Source: Octopus sinensis (Eukaryota). Taken from it: a DNA stretch of 17,817 bases. The number at the start of each line of letters is the position of its first letter. The first letter of the stretch is position 1. A program made the translations under genes and the position numbers. This document shows, in pieces, positions 9,861 through 17,817 of this stretch. The DNA lies in assembly GCF_006345805.1 (NCBI RefSeq), contig NW_021824948.1, positions 1 through 17,817 of the forward strand. Direction: 5' to 3'. The notes under the pieces are model-generated. The model was not told the origin of the DNA and did not search any database. It saw only the letters and a program-made list of their open reading frames with translations.

Positions 9861-9983
9861 AGGCACAGTCATGGCAGTGTGGTAGGAAGTTTGCTTCCCA
9901 ACTACATGGTTCTGGGTTCAGTCCCACTGCGTGGCAACTTGGGCAAGTGTCTTCTACTATAGCCTTAGGTCAACCAAAGCCTT
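9861..9983 (+). mobile_element. 5' part of the same CORE-type SINE
   Basis: Aligns to 9215-9330. Confidence 0.85.
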
Positions 9984-9985
9984 TT

Positions 9986-10216
9986 ACTGGGCTTAGTAAA
10001 TTAATTTGGTCTCTAATAGAGCATAAATAATTTGGTTTGGAATGGAATATTCTATCTAGATCTTTTCTATATGATAAAGGTAAATCCTTTGGTCTGCTCT
10101 GTACCGAAGAACAGTATCTCATTCTGTTCTTGGAGAAATCTTTTGTAAACACTTTTGAAGAATACATTTATCGTTGCAAACATGGGCAAAAACATACCTT
10201 TAGTTCCTATAAGTAG
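9986..10216 (+). pseudogene. PLE GIY-YIG endonuclease C-terminal fragment
   Basis: Single frame with one internal TAA (10028-10030) and a terminal TAG (10214-10216). Confidence 0.75.
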
Positions 10217-10500
10217 TTTCTACAAATCTATAAAATTTGACTTTTGACTGTCTTCTTCCATTTCATTTCCACTACATATATCTATTTACATTCCTTTAAG
10301 CTTTATTTCCACTCATCTATTGCACTATATTTCTCCACTCTTAATTTTCTGTATATTTCTTTCTCCTCCTTCTCATTCTCTAAATTGCCTTTGACATTAC
10401 ATCTCTTACCGATTTTTTAAAAATTAACTTGCCAGAGTTCCCTTCATCATATACGTGGTCATCACATTCGGTTAAAATTTATGTGTTTTGTTTCTATGTT

Positions 10501-10588
10501 TTTCCCTGATGAAATGATTACATTCTTTGACATCATTTTATTCTCTCGGGAATAATACGAATGTTTTCTTCGAAACATATGTTGGAAG
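10501..10588 (+). ncRNA. Minimal type I hammerhead motif (aged copy, imperfect base of helix II)
   Basis: TTTCC(10501-05)/GGAAG(10584-88); CTGATGA 10506-10512; GAAA 10572-10575; palindromic helix III ACATATGT; triplet GTT. Confidence 0.65.
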
Positions 10589-10795
10589 TATAAAGATTTG
10601 AATAACACCTGTGTTTAACTTCATTTCTAAATTTATCTAAGTTACACAAAAAACATTTCACAAAATCCTGGGATTTCTACCTTTGTAAGTAGGCTGTAGC
10701 ATCCTTGGCACTTTTGTGAATTTTTGCTACCCTGGTAACTTTTTACTTATTTTTTCCGTGTTATTCGTACACATTGAGAAAATACACGTACATTT

Positions 10796-10816
10796 ATATA
10801 TATATATGTGTGTGTG

Positions 10817-10847
<31 letters not shown>

Positions 10848-11008
10848 GCATGTATGTACATATGTATGTATATAAATGTATGTATATATATGTATGTATA
10901 TATGTATATATGTATATATGTATGTATATATGTATATATATGTATGTATGTATATATGTATATATGTATGTATATATATATGTATGTAAGTATTTATATA
11001 TATATATA
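10796..11008. repeat. (TA)n / (TATG)n microsatellite
   Basis: Direct reading. Confidence 0.95.
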
Positions 11009-11203
11009 AATGGATAAATGATTTATCTTTTGTTCACCGTTAACATGGAAAACTCAATAAACAGTTACCAGGGTAGCAAAATTCACGCCAGTAACATGGT
11101 TGAAGCGACCTATTCAAAGGTAGAAACTCCGGGTTAATGTGCAGTAATTTGTATATAATAAATAAATAAATAAATGGAGTTGAACGAAGATGTTATTAAA
11201 ATT

Positions 11204-11291
11204 CTTTTACTTTTGACATATGTTTCGAAGACAACATGGTATTATTCCAAAGGAATAAACGGTGTAAAATGCAATCTTCTCATCAGGAGAA
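11204..11291 (-). ncRNA. Type I hammerhead motif, intact catalytic core
   Basis: Minus strand: CTGATGA (11280-86), helix II GAAGA/TCTTC, GAAAC (11222-26), ACATATGT, GTC; helix I pairs weakly in this arm. Confidence 0.6.
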
Positions 11292-11306
11292 GAGAGAGGC
11301 TCTCTC

Positions 11307-11396
11307 TTTCTTTCCTGATGAGAAGATTGCATTTTACACCGTTTATTCCTTTGGAATAATACCATGATGTCTTCGAAAATATGTCAAAAGTAAAAG
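11307..11396 (+). ncRNA. Type I hammerhead motif, opposite-polarity copy (C after GAAA missing as written)
   Basis: CTGATGA 11315-21, GAAGA/TCTTC, GAAA 11375-78, GTC 11383-85, helix I CTTT(C)/(A)AAAG. Confidence 0.55.
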
Positions 11397-11424
11397 AATT
11401 TTAATAACATCTTCGTTCAACTCC

Positions 11425-11461
<37 letters not shown>

Positions 11462-11581
11462 TGTGTGTATATATGTATGTAGATATATATATGTATGTAT
11501 GCATGTATGTATTATGTATGTATGTATTTATATATGTATATATATATATATATATTATATATTATTATATATGTATGTATG

Positions 11582-11613
<32 letters not shown>

Positions 11614-11834
11614 TGTATGTAAGTATTTATATCTATATTAAATGGATAAATGATTTATCTTTTGTTCACCGTTAACATGGAAAACTCAATAAACAGTTAC
11701 GGGGTAGCAAAATTCACGCCAGTAACATGGTTGAAGCGACCTATTCAAAGGTAGAAACTCCGGGTTAATGTGCAGTAATTTGTATATATAAATAAATAAA
11801 TAAATGGAGTTGAACGAAGAATGTTATTAAAATT

Positions 11835-11922
11835 CTTTTACTTTTGACATATGTTTCGAAGACAACATGGTATTATTCCAAAGAATAAACGGTGTAAAAT
11901 GCAATCTTCTCATCAGGAGGAA
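11835..11922 (-). ncRNA. Type I hammerhead motif, second unit, intact core
   Basis: tcatcag 11910-16 and gacatatgtttc 11846-57 on the plus strand. Confidence 0.6.
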
Positions 11923-11937
11923 GAGAGAGGCTCTCTC

Positions 11938-12027
11938 TTTCTTTCCTGATGAGAAGATTGCATTTTACACCGTTTATTCCTTTGGAATAATACCATGATG
12001 TCTTCGAACATATGTCAAAAGTAAAAG
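11938..12027 (+). ncRNA. Type I hammerhead motif, second unit (one A of GAAA missing as written)
   Basis: CTGATGA 11946-52; cgaacatatgtc 12005-12016. Confidence 0.5.
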
Positions 12028-12053
12028 AAGTTAATAACATCTCGTTCAACTCC

Positions 12054-12097
<44 letters not shown>

Positions 12098-12160
12098 ATA
12101 TATGTATGTATGATATATTATGTATGTATGCATGTATGTATATATGTATGTATGTATTTA

Positions 12161-12197
<37 letters not shown>

Positions 12198-12247
12198 ATA
12201 TATATGTATGTATGTATGTAATGTATATATGTATGTATAATATATAT

Positions 12248-12558
12248 CACTTCACTTGATCACTTGACCGACCAGACAATCAGATGTTGCTACACATCGC
12301 TGGTCACAATGCGTTCGCATTGTTTTAGCCTTCGAATGATGCCACCCCGCTGGCTAAGAGAGCAGGCCAACAGAAAAAAGAGTGAGAGAAAGAGTGGTGA
12401 AAGAGTATATTAGGGATCATCACCCTCTGCTGGAGCCTCGTGGAGCTTTTTAGGTGTTTTCACTCAATAAACACACACAACACCCGGTCTGGGAATCGAA
12501 ACCGCGATCCTATGACCGCGAGTCCGCTGCCCTAACCACTGGGCCATTGCGCCTCCAC
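12248..12558 (-). mobile_element. tRNA-derived SINE, longer copy of 6743-6983
   Basis: gggaatcgaaacc B box and ccactgggcca A box on the plus strand; about 60 extra nt at ~12310-12372. Confidence 0.88.
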
Positions 12559-12618
12559 ATGTATATCTATATGTATATATATCTATAACTGTAAATATAA
12601 TGAGAGTTTTTCCGATGG

Positions 12619-12786
12619 TCGGATAACTGAAGAGATGGTGGTGTGGATTTCCACCTCGGCATCCGAAACTTAGAATTTTACCTTGGCTACCGAATAATTG
12701 TCATATATTTACACAGATAAATTCCTCTATTTACATAATATCGAGGTCTCTTTCTTTCTTTTGTTATCTTACCGTTTTTACCAATA
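12619..12786 (+). mobile_element. pLTR-like module with a decayed hammerhead (12622-12682) and complete 3' terminus into (TA)n
   Basis: CTGAAGA 12627-33, GAAAC 12665-69; same family as 1988-2197 but not folded back. Confidence 0.75.
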
Positions 12787-12812
12787 TATGTATGTATATA
12801 TATATATATATA

Positions 12813-13551
12813 TGTTTAAATATTTGTTGTGCAAGATTTTTTATGTGAAGTCGTGTGTTGAAACAGATATTGTTATATTTCGGAATGGTCATTCTGCCAG
12901 TTTAGCCAATAAAAACACACGCACTATATATTTGGTGTTACTTTGCTTCAGTGTTATTTATTTTTTACATTAATCTTAATCTTATTTTGGCCAGAGTTCT
13001 TTCGTCACACTCCTGTGACTGCATCAGTGGTCCTTTGTTTTCTTCTTTCGTATTTGTGTCTCTCCTTACTAACCGTCAGCCATTTTGTATTTCTATTGTA
13101 TGTCTTCATTTGCGCATGCTTATATCTCTATGTGCGTTTATGTTTATTTAGTGTGTGTGTGTGGGGATGCCTGTAATATTTGTATCTTCTGTTTATATAT
13201 GTTCATGTAATTTGTATATATATAAACAGAAGATACAAATATTACAGGCATCCCCCCCACACACACACTAAATAAACATAAACGCACATAGAGATATAAG
13301 CATGCGCAAATGAAGACATACAATAGAAATACAAAATGGCTGATGGTTAGTAAGGAGAGACACAAATAAGAAAGAAGAAAACAAAGGACCACTGATGCGG
13401 TCACAGGAGTGTGACGAAAGAACTCTGGCCAAAATAAGATTAAGATTAATGTAAAAAATAAATAACACTGAAGCAAAGTAACACCAAATATATAGGTGTG
13501 TGTTTTTATTGGCTAAACTGGCAAAATGACCATTCCGAAATATAACAATAT
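12813..13551. mobile_element. pLTR-like module folded back into a 685-bp palindrome (arms 12867-13200 and 13218-13551, 17-nt loop), (TA)n on both sides
   Basis: Arms are near-identical reverse complements with a few substitutions and indels. Confidence 0.9.
13386..13430 (+). ncRNA. Hammerhead-like motif with non-canonical core CUGAUGCG (mirror copy on minus at 12989-13033)
   Basis: GG(A)CCA/TGGCC; CTGATGC-G; GTCAC/GTGAC; GAAA; AG/CT; triplet CTC. Confidence 0.45.
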
Positions 13552-13552
13552 A

Positions 13553-13614
<62 letters not shown>

Positions 13615-13625
13615 TATATATGTAT

Positions 13626-13677
<52 letters not shown>

Positions 13678-13728
13678 GTATGTATGTGTGTATGTGTGTA
13701 TGTATGTATGTATGTATATATATATATA
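13552..13728. repeat. (TA)n / (TATG)n microsatellite
   Basis: Direct reading. Confidence 0.95.
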
Positions 13729-16352
13729 TCTTTTATCTTTATCTTTTACTGGCTTCAGCCCAGAGCTGAGGTCACACTAGTGCACCACCTGTAGTTACTC
13801 GGTGTTGTTTCCAATATTGTTTATGATGAAGTAGCAAATTGGATGGAGCTGCTCTTCTTTGTGTCTCCCGCTGCAATTTAAGTTCATCTGGTATCTCAGA
13901 TAGAAACCTGTCCAGGCATTTCTTGAAAACATCCACATCAAAACCATGTAGATCTCTAAGGTTGCCTGGAAGGATGTTGAACAATTGTAGGCCCTTGAAA
14001 CCCAGACTGTTGCAGTACAGTGTCCTTATTTTAGGTGGGGAAGATGGGATCTTTGGTATGACGCAATGCCGTCCAGTTCAAGGATTGGTATAGCTGTCAA
14101 TTCCAAAACTGGGAGCTAAACCCTCCTAGATGTTCCAAATATTTAACACTGCATCTCTCTCTCTCTCGTCTTCTCTCCAGAGACTCAGCTCCTTTAGCTT
14201 CTCCCAGTTGCCCATCTTTTGCATTGAGTCAGTCTTCTTTGTGTAATGGTGCTGGATTGCTTCGAGTTCAACAGTTTGTTTCACACTCTTTGGAGTCCAT
14301 AGTTGGGAGCAGTAGTCCAAGCAGCTGAGAACAAAAATCTTCCATAGGAGTAGCATGGCCTGCCTTTTCCTGGTTCTGAATGTCCTCAGAATCCATCCAG
14401 CCACTCGCCTGCACAGTGTTGCCATCTTGGTAATGTGCACATGTAATGGTGCATCTTGTGAACCTCCAGGTCACGCACTGACTCTGACTCTGGGATCATA
14501 TTACCTTCTGGTCCAGTGTATTCTGATTTTAACCTGGTATTGGACAGCTAGTGGAGTGTCCAAAATTTCACAGCATTGAACTGCATATTATTTTTGTTAG
14601 CCCATTTGTAGATTTTGTTTACGTCTTTCTGCAGTTTTATGATGTCCTCTGGGTTCCTAACTACCTGCAATACTTTTGTGTCGTCAGCATAACTGGTCAG
14701 TTTGGTTGATTGTACAGTGGAGGGTATGTCTGAGAGGGCCACCACAAATAGTAGTGGCCCCAGTACAGTTCCATGTGGGACTCCACTGGAAATTGGTGTC
14801 TCTTCAGAGTGAGCATCATTGACTACAACTGTTTGACTCCTGCCCTTAAGAAAATCACGAAGCCACTCTCCCAGTTTCCCGGTAATACCAAGGTTTTGCA
14901 GCTTGTGACATTTGCTATGATCAGCCTTGTCAAAGGTCTTGGCAAAGTCAAGGTATATCGTGTCTACAGCTGACTGGCTTAGCTGTTGCTTCAGTACCCA
15001 GTCAAAGTACTGCGGCAACTGTGTGAGGCAATTCCTCCCTGGATGGAAGCCGTGTTGCGTGTTTGTGGGAAGGTTGTTTTCTTCTAGGAACATGACCAGC
15101 CCTTTTCTGACAATGTGTTCCATTGTGTTGCTAACATGTGAGGTCAGAGAGCCGGGCCTATAGCTTTTAGCATCTGCTCTGGTCCCTCCTTTATGGACAG
15201 GACATATGATACCCTCTTTTAGCATGTTGGGAAGTTTACCACATGCAAGGAAACTCTGAAAGAGTATCTGCAGTGGCTTTGCAAGGGCCTTTTTACATGT
15301 CTTTAAGAGAACAGCTGGGAGTTCATCTGGGCGTGTTGCTGAGTTTGATCTCATCTCATCAATGGCTGATATTACATCCTCTTCTGCTATGTTGATGTAA
15401 TTGATGAGGGCCTGTTTTCCAAATAGATTCGCTACATTGAAAAACTCCCTCAGCTTGTTCATTTGCATATTTTCCAGTGGAGAAGTGAAAACACTTCAGA
15501 ATTGTTTATTTAGTGCTTTACTTATCTTCCCTGGGTCCCCAGGTTAGTGAGCCATTTTTACCAAATAGTGGCCCTATCTTATAGCATACTGAGGCAGACC
15601 CCCTTTGCCAATATGTAGAAGGCTTTCGGATTTCTTCAAATATTTTCAACTACCCAGGTTTCTATTTCTTCTCTATCTTTCTCATGGGAGATTTTGAGTT
15701 TATTTCTATCTTGAAGAGTTCCTCTGTCAGGTGGGATTTCATACTGTCAATAAGGTGTTTGTTTAAATGATTCGAGATCTTTATTCTCTACCACATGAGT
15801 ATTCTCCTGTCTCGGCGAATGATATTTTTGTGTGTATTGGCTCCCTTCTCTGGGACATATTTAATGCATATGGCTTGCATTATTGACATGAATTTACTGA
15901 GTTTCATATAAATGTTTTGCATAGAGAGGCTTTTAGGCCAGTCTGGCTGGAGTATGTCTTTCAATTGAATTATAGAAATTTAAGCTGGATAGGGTTTCAG
16001 CCCCATCCTTGGGGTGCTTATCTTTAGTTAATTCCAGGCCATACATTGTCAGTTCTATCATGTTATGATCTGAGAATATTGTCGGTGATATATTTATGTT
16101 GTGGATAATTTCCACATTGTTTGTAAAACAGAGGTCCAGGATATTTTTGTGCTTGATTGGAGAGATTATGGTCTGTTCCATGAATAGCATTTTCGTAAAA
16201 TCAAGTAGAGATTCTGCTTGATTTCACTCTTTGTGTATCATTCCTGGGGTTTTGTTACCCTCAGGCCACCTGATTTTGGGGAAGATGAAGTCACCCATCA
16301 GGAATATGATCCAATTGTGTTAGTACTTCCTTTATCGCACTGAGGCTTTCCT
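13728..16352 (-). mobile_element. CR1/L2-group LINE, 5'-truncated and decayed (APE C-terminus, RT, 3' tail of (GATAAAA)n-like repeats)
   Basis: FLMGDF near 16300, NILDLCFTNN and SDHNMI (15933-16190), RT motifs QHGFHPGR, IYLDFAKTFD, PHGTVLGPLLF, YADDTK; C-terminal LDYCSQLW and FNILP..FKKCLDRFL. Confidence 0.92.
14548..15468 (-). pseudogene. LINE reverse transcriptase domain (largest open segment of a disrupted ORF2)
   Basis: 306-aa ORF containing the RT motifs including YADD; neighbouring segments are frameshifted or stopped. Confidence 0.9.
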
Positions 16353-16640
16353 CAAATTTGCTCTATGTTTGATGAATTTGAATAGGATAGTTTTAAAGTG
16401 TGACGGTTAAATATTTTGCTGTACACTCCAGTTTTAGGGAAGCAGCAATCCAGTGCAGTGAAAAACTGCTTCGTGATATTAGATGAGATGCTGGAGTCCC
16501 AAATCGGGTTATACCAAAAGATGTCATGGTTTTTATATTTTTGGTTAGGTCTGTTTGTCTGGGTGCTTGGAGTGGCAATTGGATTTTGTGGCAGTAGTTG
16601 TTTAATTTGTTGTCTATTATAAGTTTTCTTTAACTTATGG
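16352..16640 (-). mobile_element. Penelope-like element internal fragment (post-RT region)
   Basis: DIFWYNPIWDSSISSNITKQFFTALDCCFPKTGVYSKIFNRHTLKLSYS matches the IWFNPP..KIFNRNT.K.SYS-type PLE motif. Confidence 0.75.
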
Positions 16641-16666
16641 TTGATTCTATATATATATATATGTAT

Positions 16667-17090
16667 CCAGCGCTGCCCCGACTGGCCGGTGGCACGTAAA
16701 AAGCACCATCCGATCATGGCCGTTGCCAGCCTCGCCTGTCCGCCTTGCCAGTGGCACGTAAAAAGCACCACCCGACCGTGTCTGTTGCCAGCGCCACCCC
16801 GACTGGCCTCCGTGTCGGTGGCACGTAAAGAGCACCATACGATCGTGGCCGTTACCAGCCTCGCCTGGCCCCCTTGCCAGTGGCACGTAAAAAGCACCAC
16901 CCGACCGTGTCCGTTGCCAGCGCCGCTCTGACTGGCCTCCGTGCCGGTGGCACGTAAAGAGCACCATCCGATCGTGGTCGTTGCCAGCCTCGCCTGGCTC
17001 CCTTGCCAGTGGCACATAAAAAGCACCATCCGTCCGTGGCCGTTGCCAGCCCCGTCTGGCATCTGTGCGGGTGGCACGTAAAAAGCACCC
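16667..17090 (+). repeat. Alternating 62/67-bp units forming a 129-bp higher-order repeat
   Basis: GGCAC cores at 16691, 16753, 16820, 16882, 16949, 17011 and 17073. Confidence 0.9.
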
Positions 17091-17258
17091 ACTACACTCA
17101 TGGAGTGGTTGCTGGTTAGGAAGGGCAGGGCATCCAGTAGAAAACACTGCCAGATCAGACTGGCCTGGTGCAGCCTTCTGGCTTCCCAGACCCCAGTTGA
17201 AGCATCCAACCCATGCTAGCATGGAAAGCGGACGCTAAATGATGATGATGGTGATGAT
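16667..17258 (+). mobile_element. RTE 3' UTR-only copy with a well-preserved tandem array and (GAT)n tail
   Basis: Seven ggcacgtaaa(a/g)agcacc cores; 3' end catgctagcatggaaagcggacgctaaatgatgatgat. Confidence 0.9.
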
Positions 17259-17744
17259 AAAAGATACGAGGGGTTTTTATCAGGGTGACTCAAACTAATA
17301 GGTATGCTCTGTGAGTGCTCAAATTGGTACACTACTAAAATTCCGGTATGAACAGCAGTTGAACATGTGATTTTGTGAGTGTCTTTCTAAAGCAGCCAGA
17401 AATGGCTTCCTTTTGAGTTGATAGCTATAACTTAAAGCAAAAGAAAGAGCAAACAGTTTAGTAAGACTTGAAAAGGACATTTAATTTAGCTATATATAAT
17501 AAAAAGATTTATATGGTCTCTAACAGCTGTTTCTAGAATATTCCAGCTATTGAAACATTATCTCCGGCAAGGATCTCATAGGCCAAGTGTACAGTCATTA
17601 GAGAGAGATCTGTTAGACATGTGTAACAATATGTAATAATAACATTGATATTATTGTGGTTCATTTGTCTAAAAAGAAGGGGAATGTTCTCGTCAAGTCT
17701 TGCCAAACCATTTGCCTTTCCATTTCTGCTTTAATCTATACATA

Positions 17745-17771
17745 CACATATCTATCTATCTGTCTGTCTGC

Positions 17772-17812
<41 letters not shown>
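17745..17812. repeat. (TCTA)/(TCTG)/(TA)n microsatellite
   Basis: Direct reading. Confidence 0.9.
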
Positions 17813-17815
<3 letters not shown>

Positions 17816-17817
17816 CT

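Larger units (their letters stand above)
9984..10795 (+). mobile_element. Penelope-like element 3' end (GIY-YIG C-terminus, 3' UTR/pLTR with hammerhead), ending in (TA)n
   Basis: Translation TGLSKLIWSLIEHK*FGLEWNILSRS...LLCTEEQYLIL...VNTFEEYIYRCKHGQK matches the LSKxIW..WxIL..LCxEEK..CRH-type PLE EN C-terminus. Confidence 0.8.
11010..11427 (-). mobile_element. PLE pLTR-like module (minus) with fold-back palindrome 11173-11427
   Basis: Reverse complement of 11010-11295 is collinear with 10500-10795; palindrome centred on agagagag-g-ctctctct near 11299. Confidence 0.85.
10980..12245. repeat. ~630-bp tandem duplication (pLTR, palindrome, microsatellite) x2
   Basis: 11173-11427 recurs at 11803-12057; flanking pLTR and microsatellite patterns also recur; differences are mostly 1-nt indels. 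Confidence 0.9.

Noticed and set aside
16691-17090. Regularly spaced repeats resembling a CRISPR array
   Set aside because: The intervening sequences are themselves repeats, the context is eukaryotic, and there are no cas genes.
16352-17222. 285-aa and 191-aa minus-strand ORFs with repeated GAGNGHGRVVLFTCHW motifs
   Set aside because: Antisense read-through of the RTE 3'-UTR tandem array; only the last ~90 aa are a real PLE fragment. The same applies to the ORFs at 665-1057.
17264-17285. TACGAGGGG, resembling a mariner TIR start
   Set aside because: Only ~9 bp, with no partner TIR or transposase sequence in the window.

Overview
AT-rich, repeat-saturated eukaryotic non-coding DNA with no supportable host protein-coding gene, rRNA, tRNA gene or CRISPR array. 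The repeat families resemble those I recall from octopus genomes, so the taxon is an inference. The window is a mosaic of (TA)n/(CA)n/(TC)n microsatellites, tRNA-derived SINEs, RTE-clade LINE 3' ends, a decayed CR1/L2-group LINE (13.7-16.35 kb, minus) and remnants of Penelope-like elements (PLEs). Most ORFs in the supplied track are microsatellite or antisense artefacts. The most notable signal is a set of minimal type I hammerhead-ribozyme (HHR) motifs from at least three sequence families, one of them directly downstream of a PLE GIY-YIG C-terminus. They sit in modules that end in (TA)n and are repeatedly folded back into long palindromes. One such module is present as a ~630-bp tandem dimer in which each unit carries a hammerhead on both strands. 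All structure calls were made by eye and need computational and experimental confirmation.
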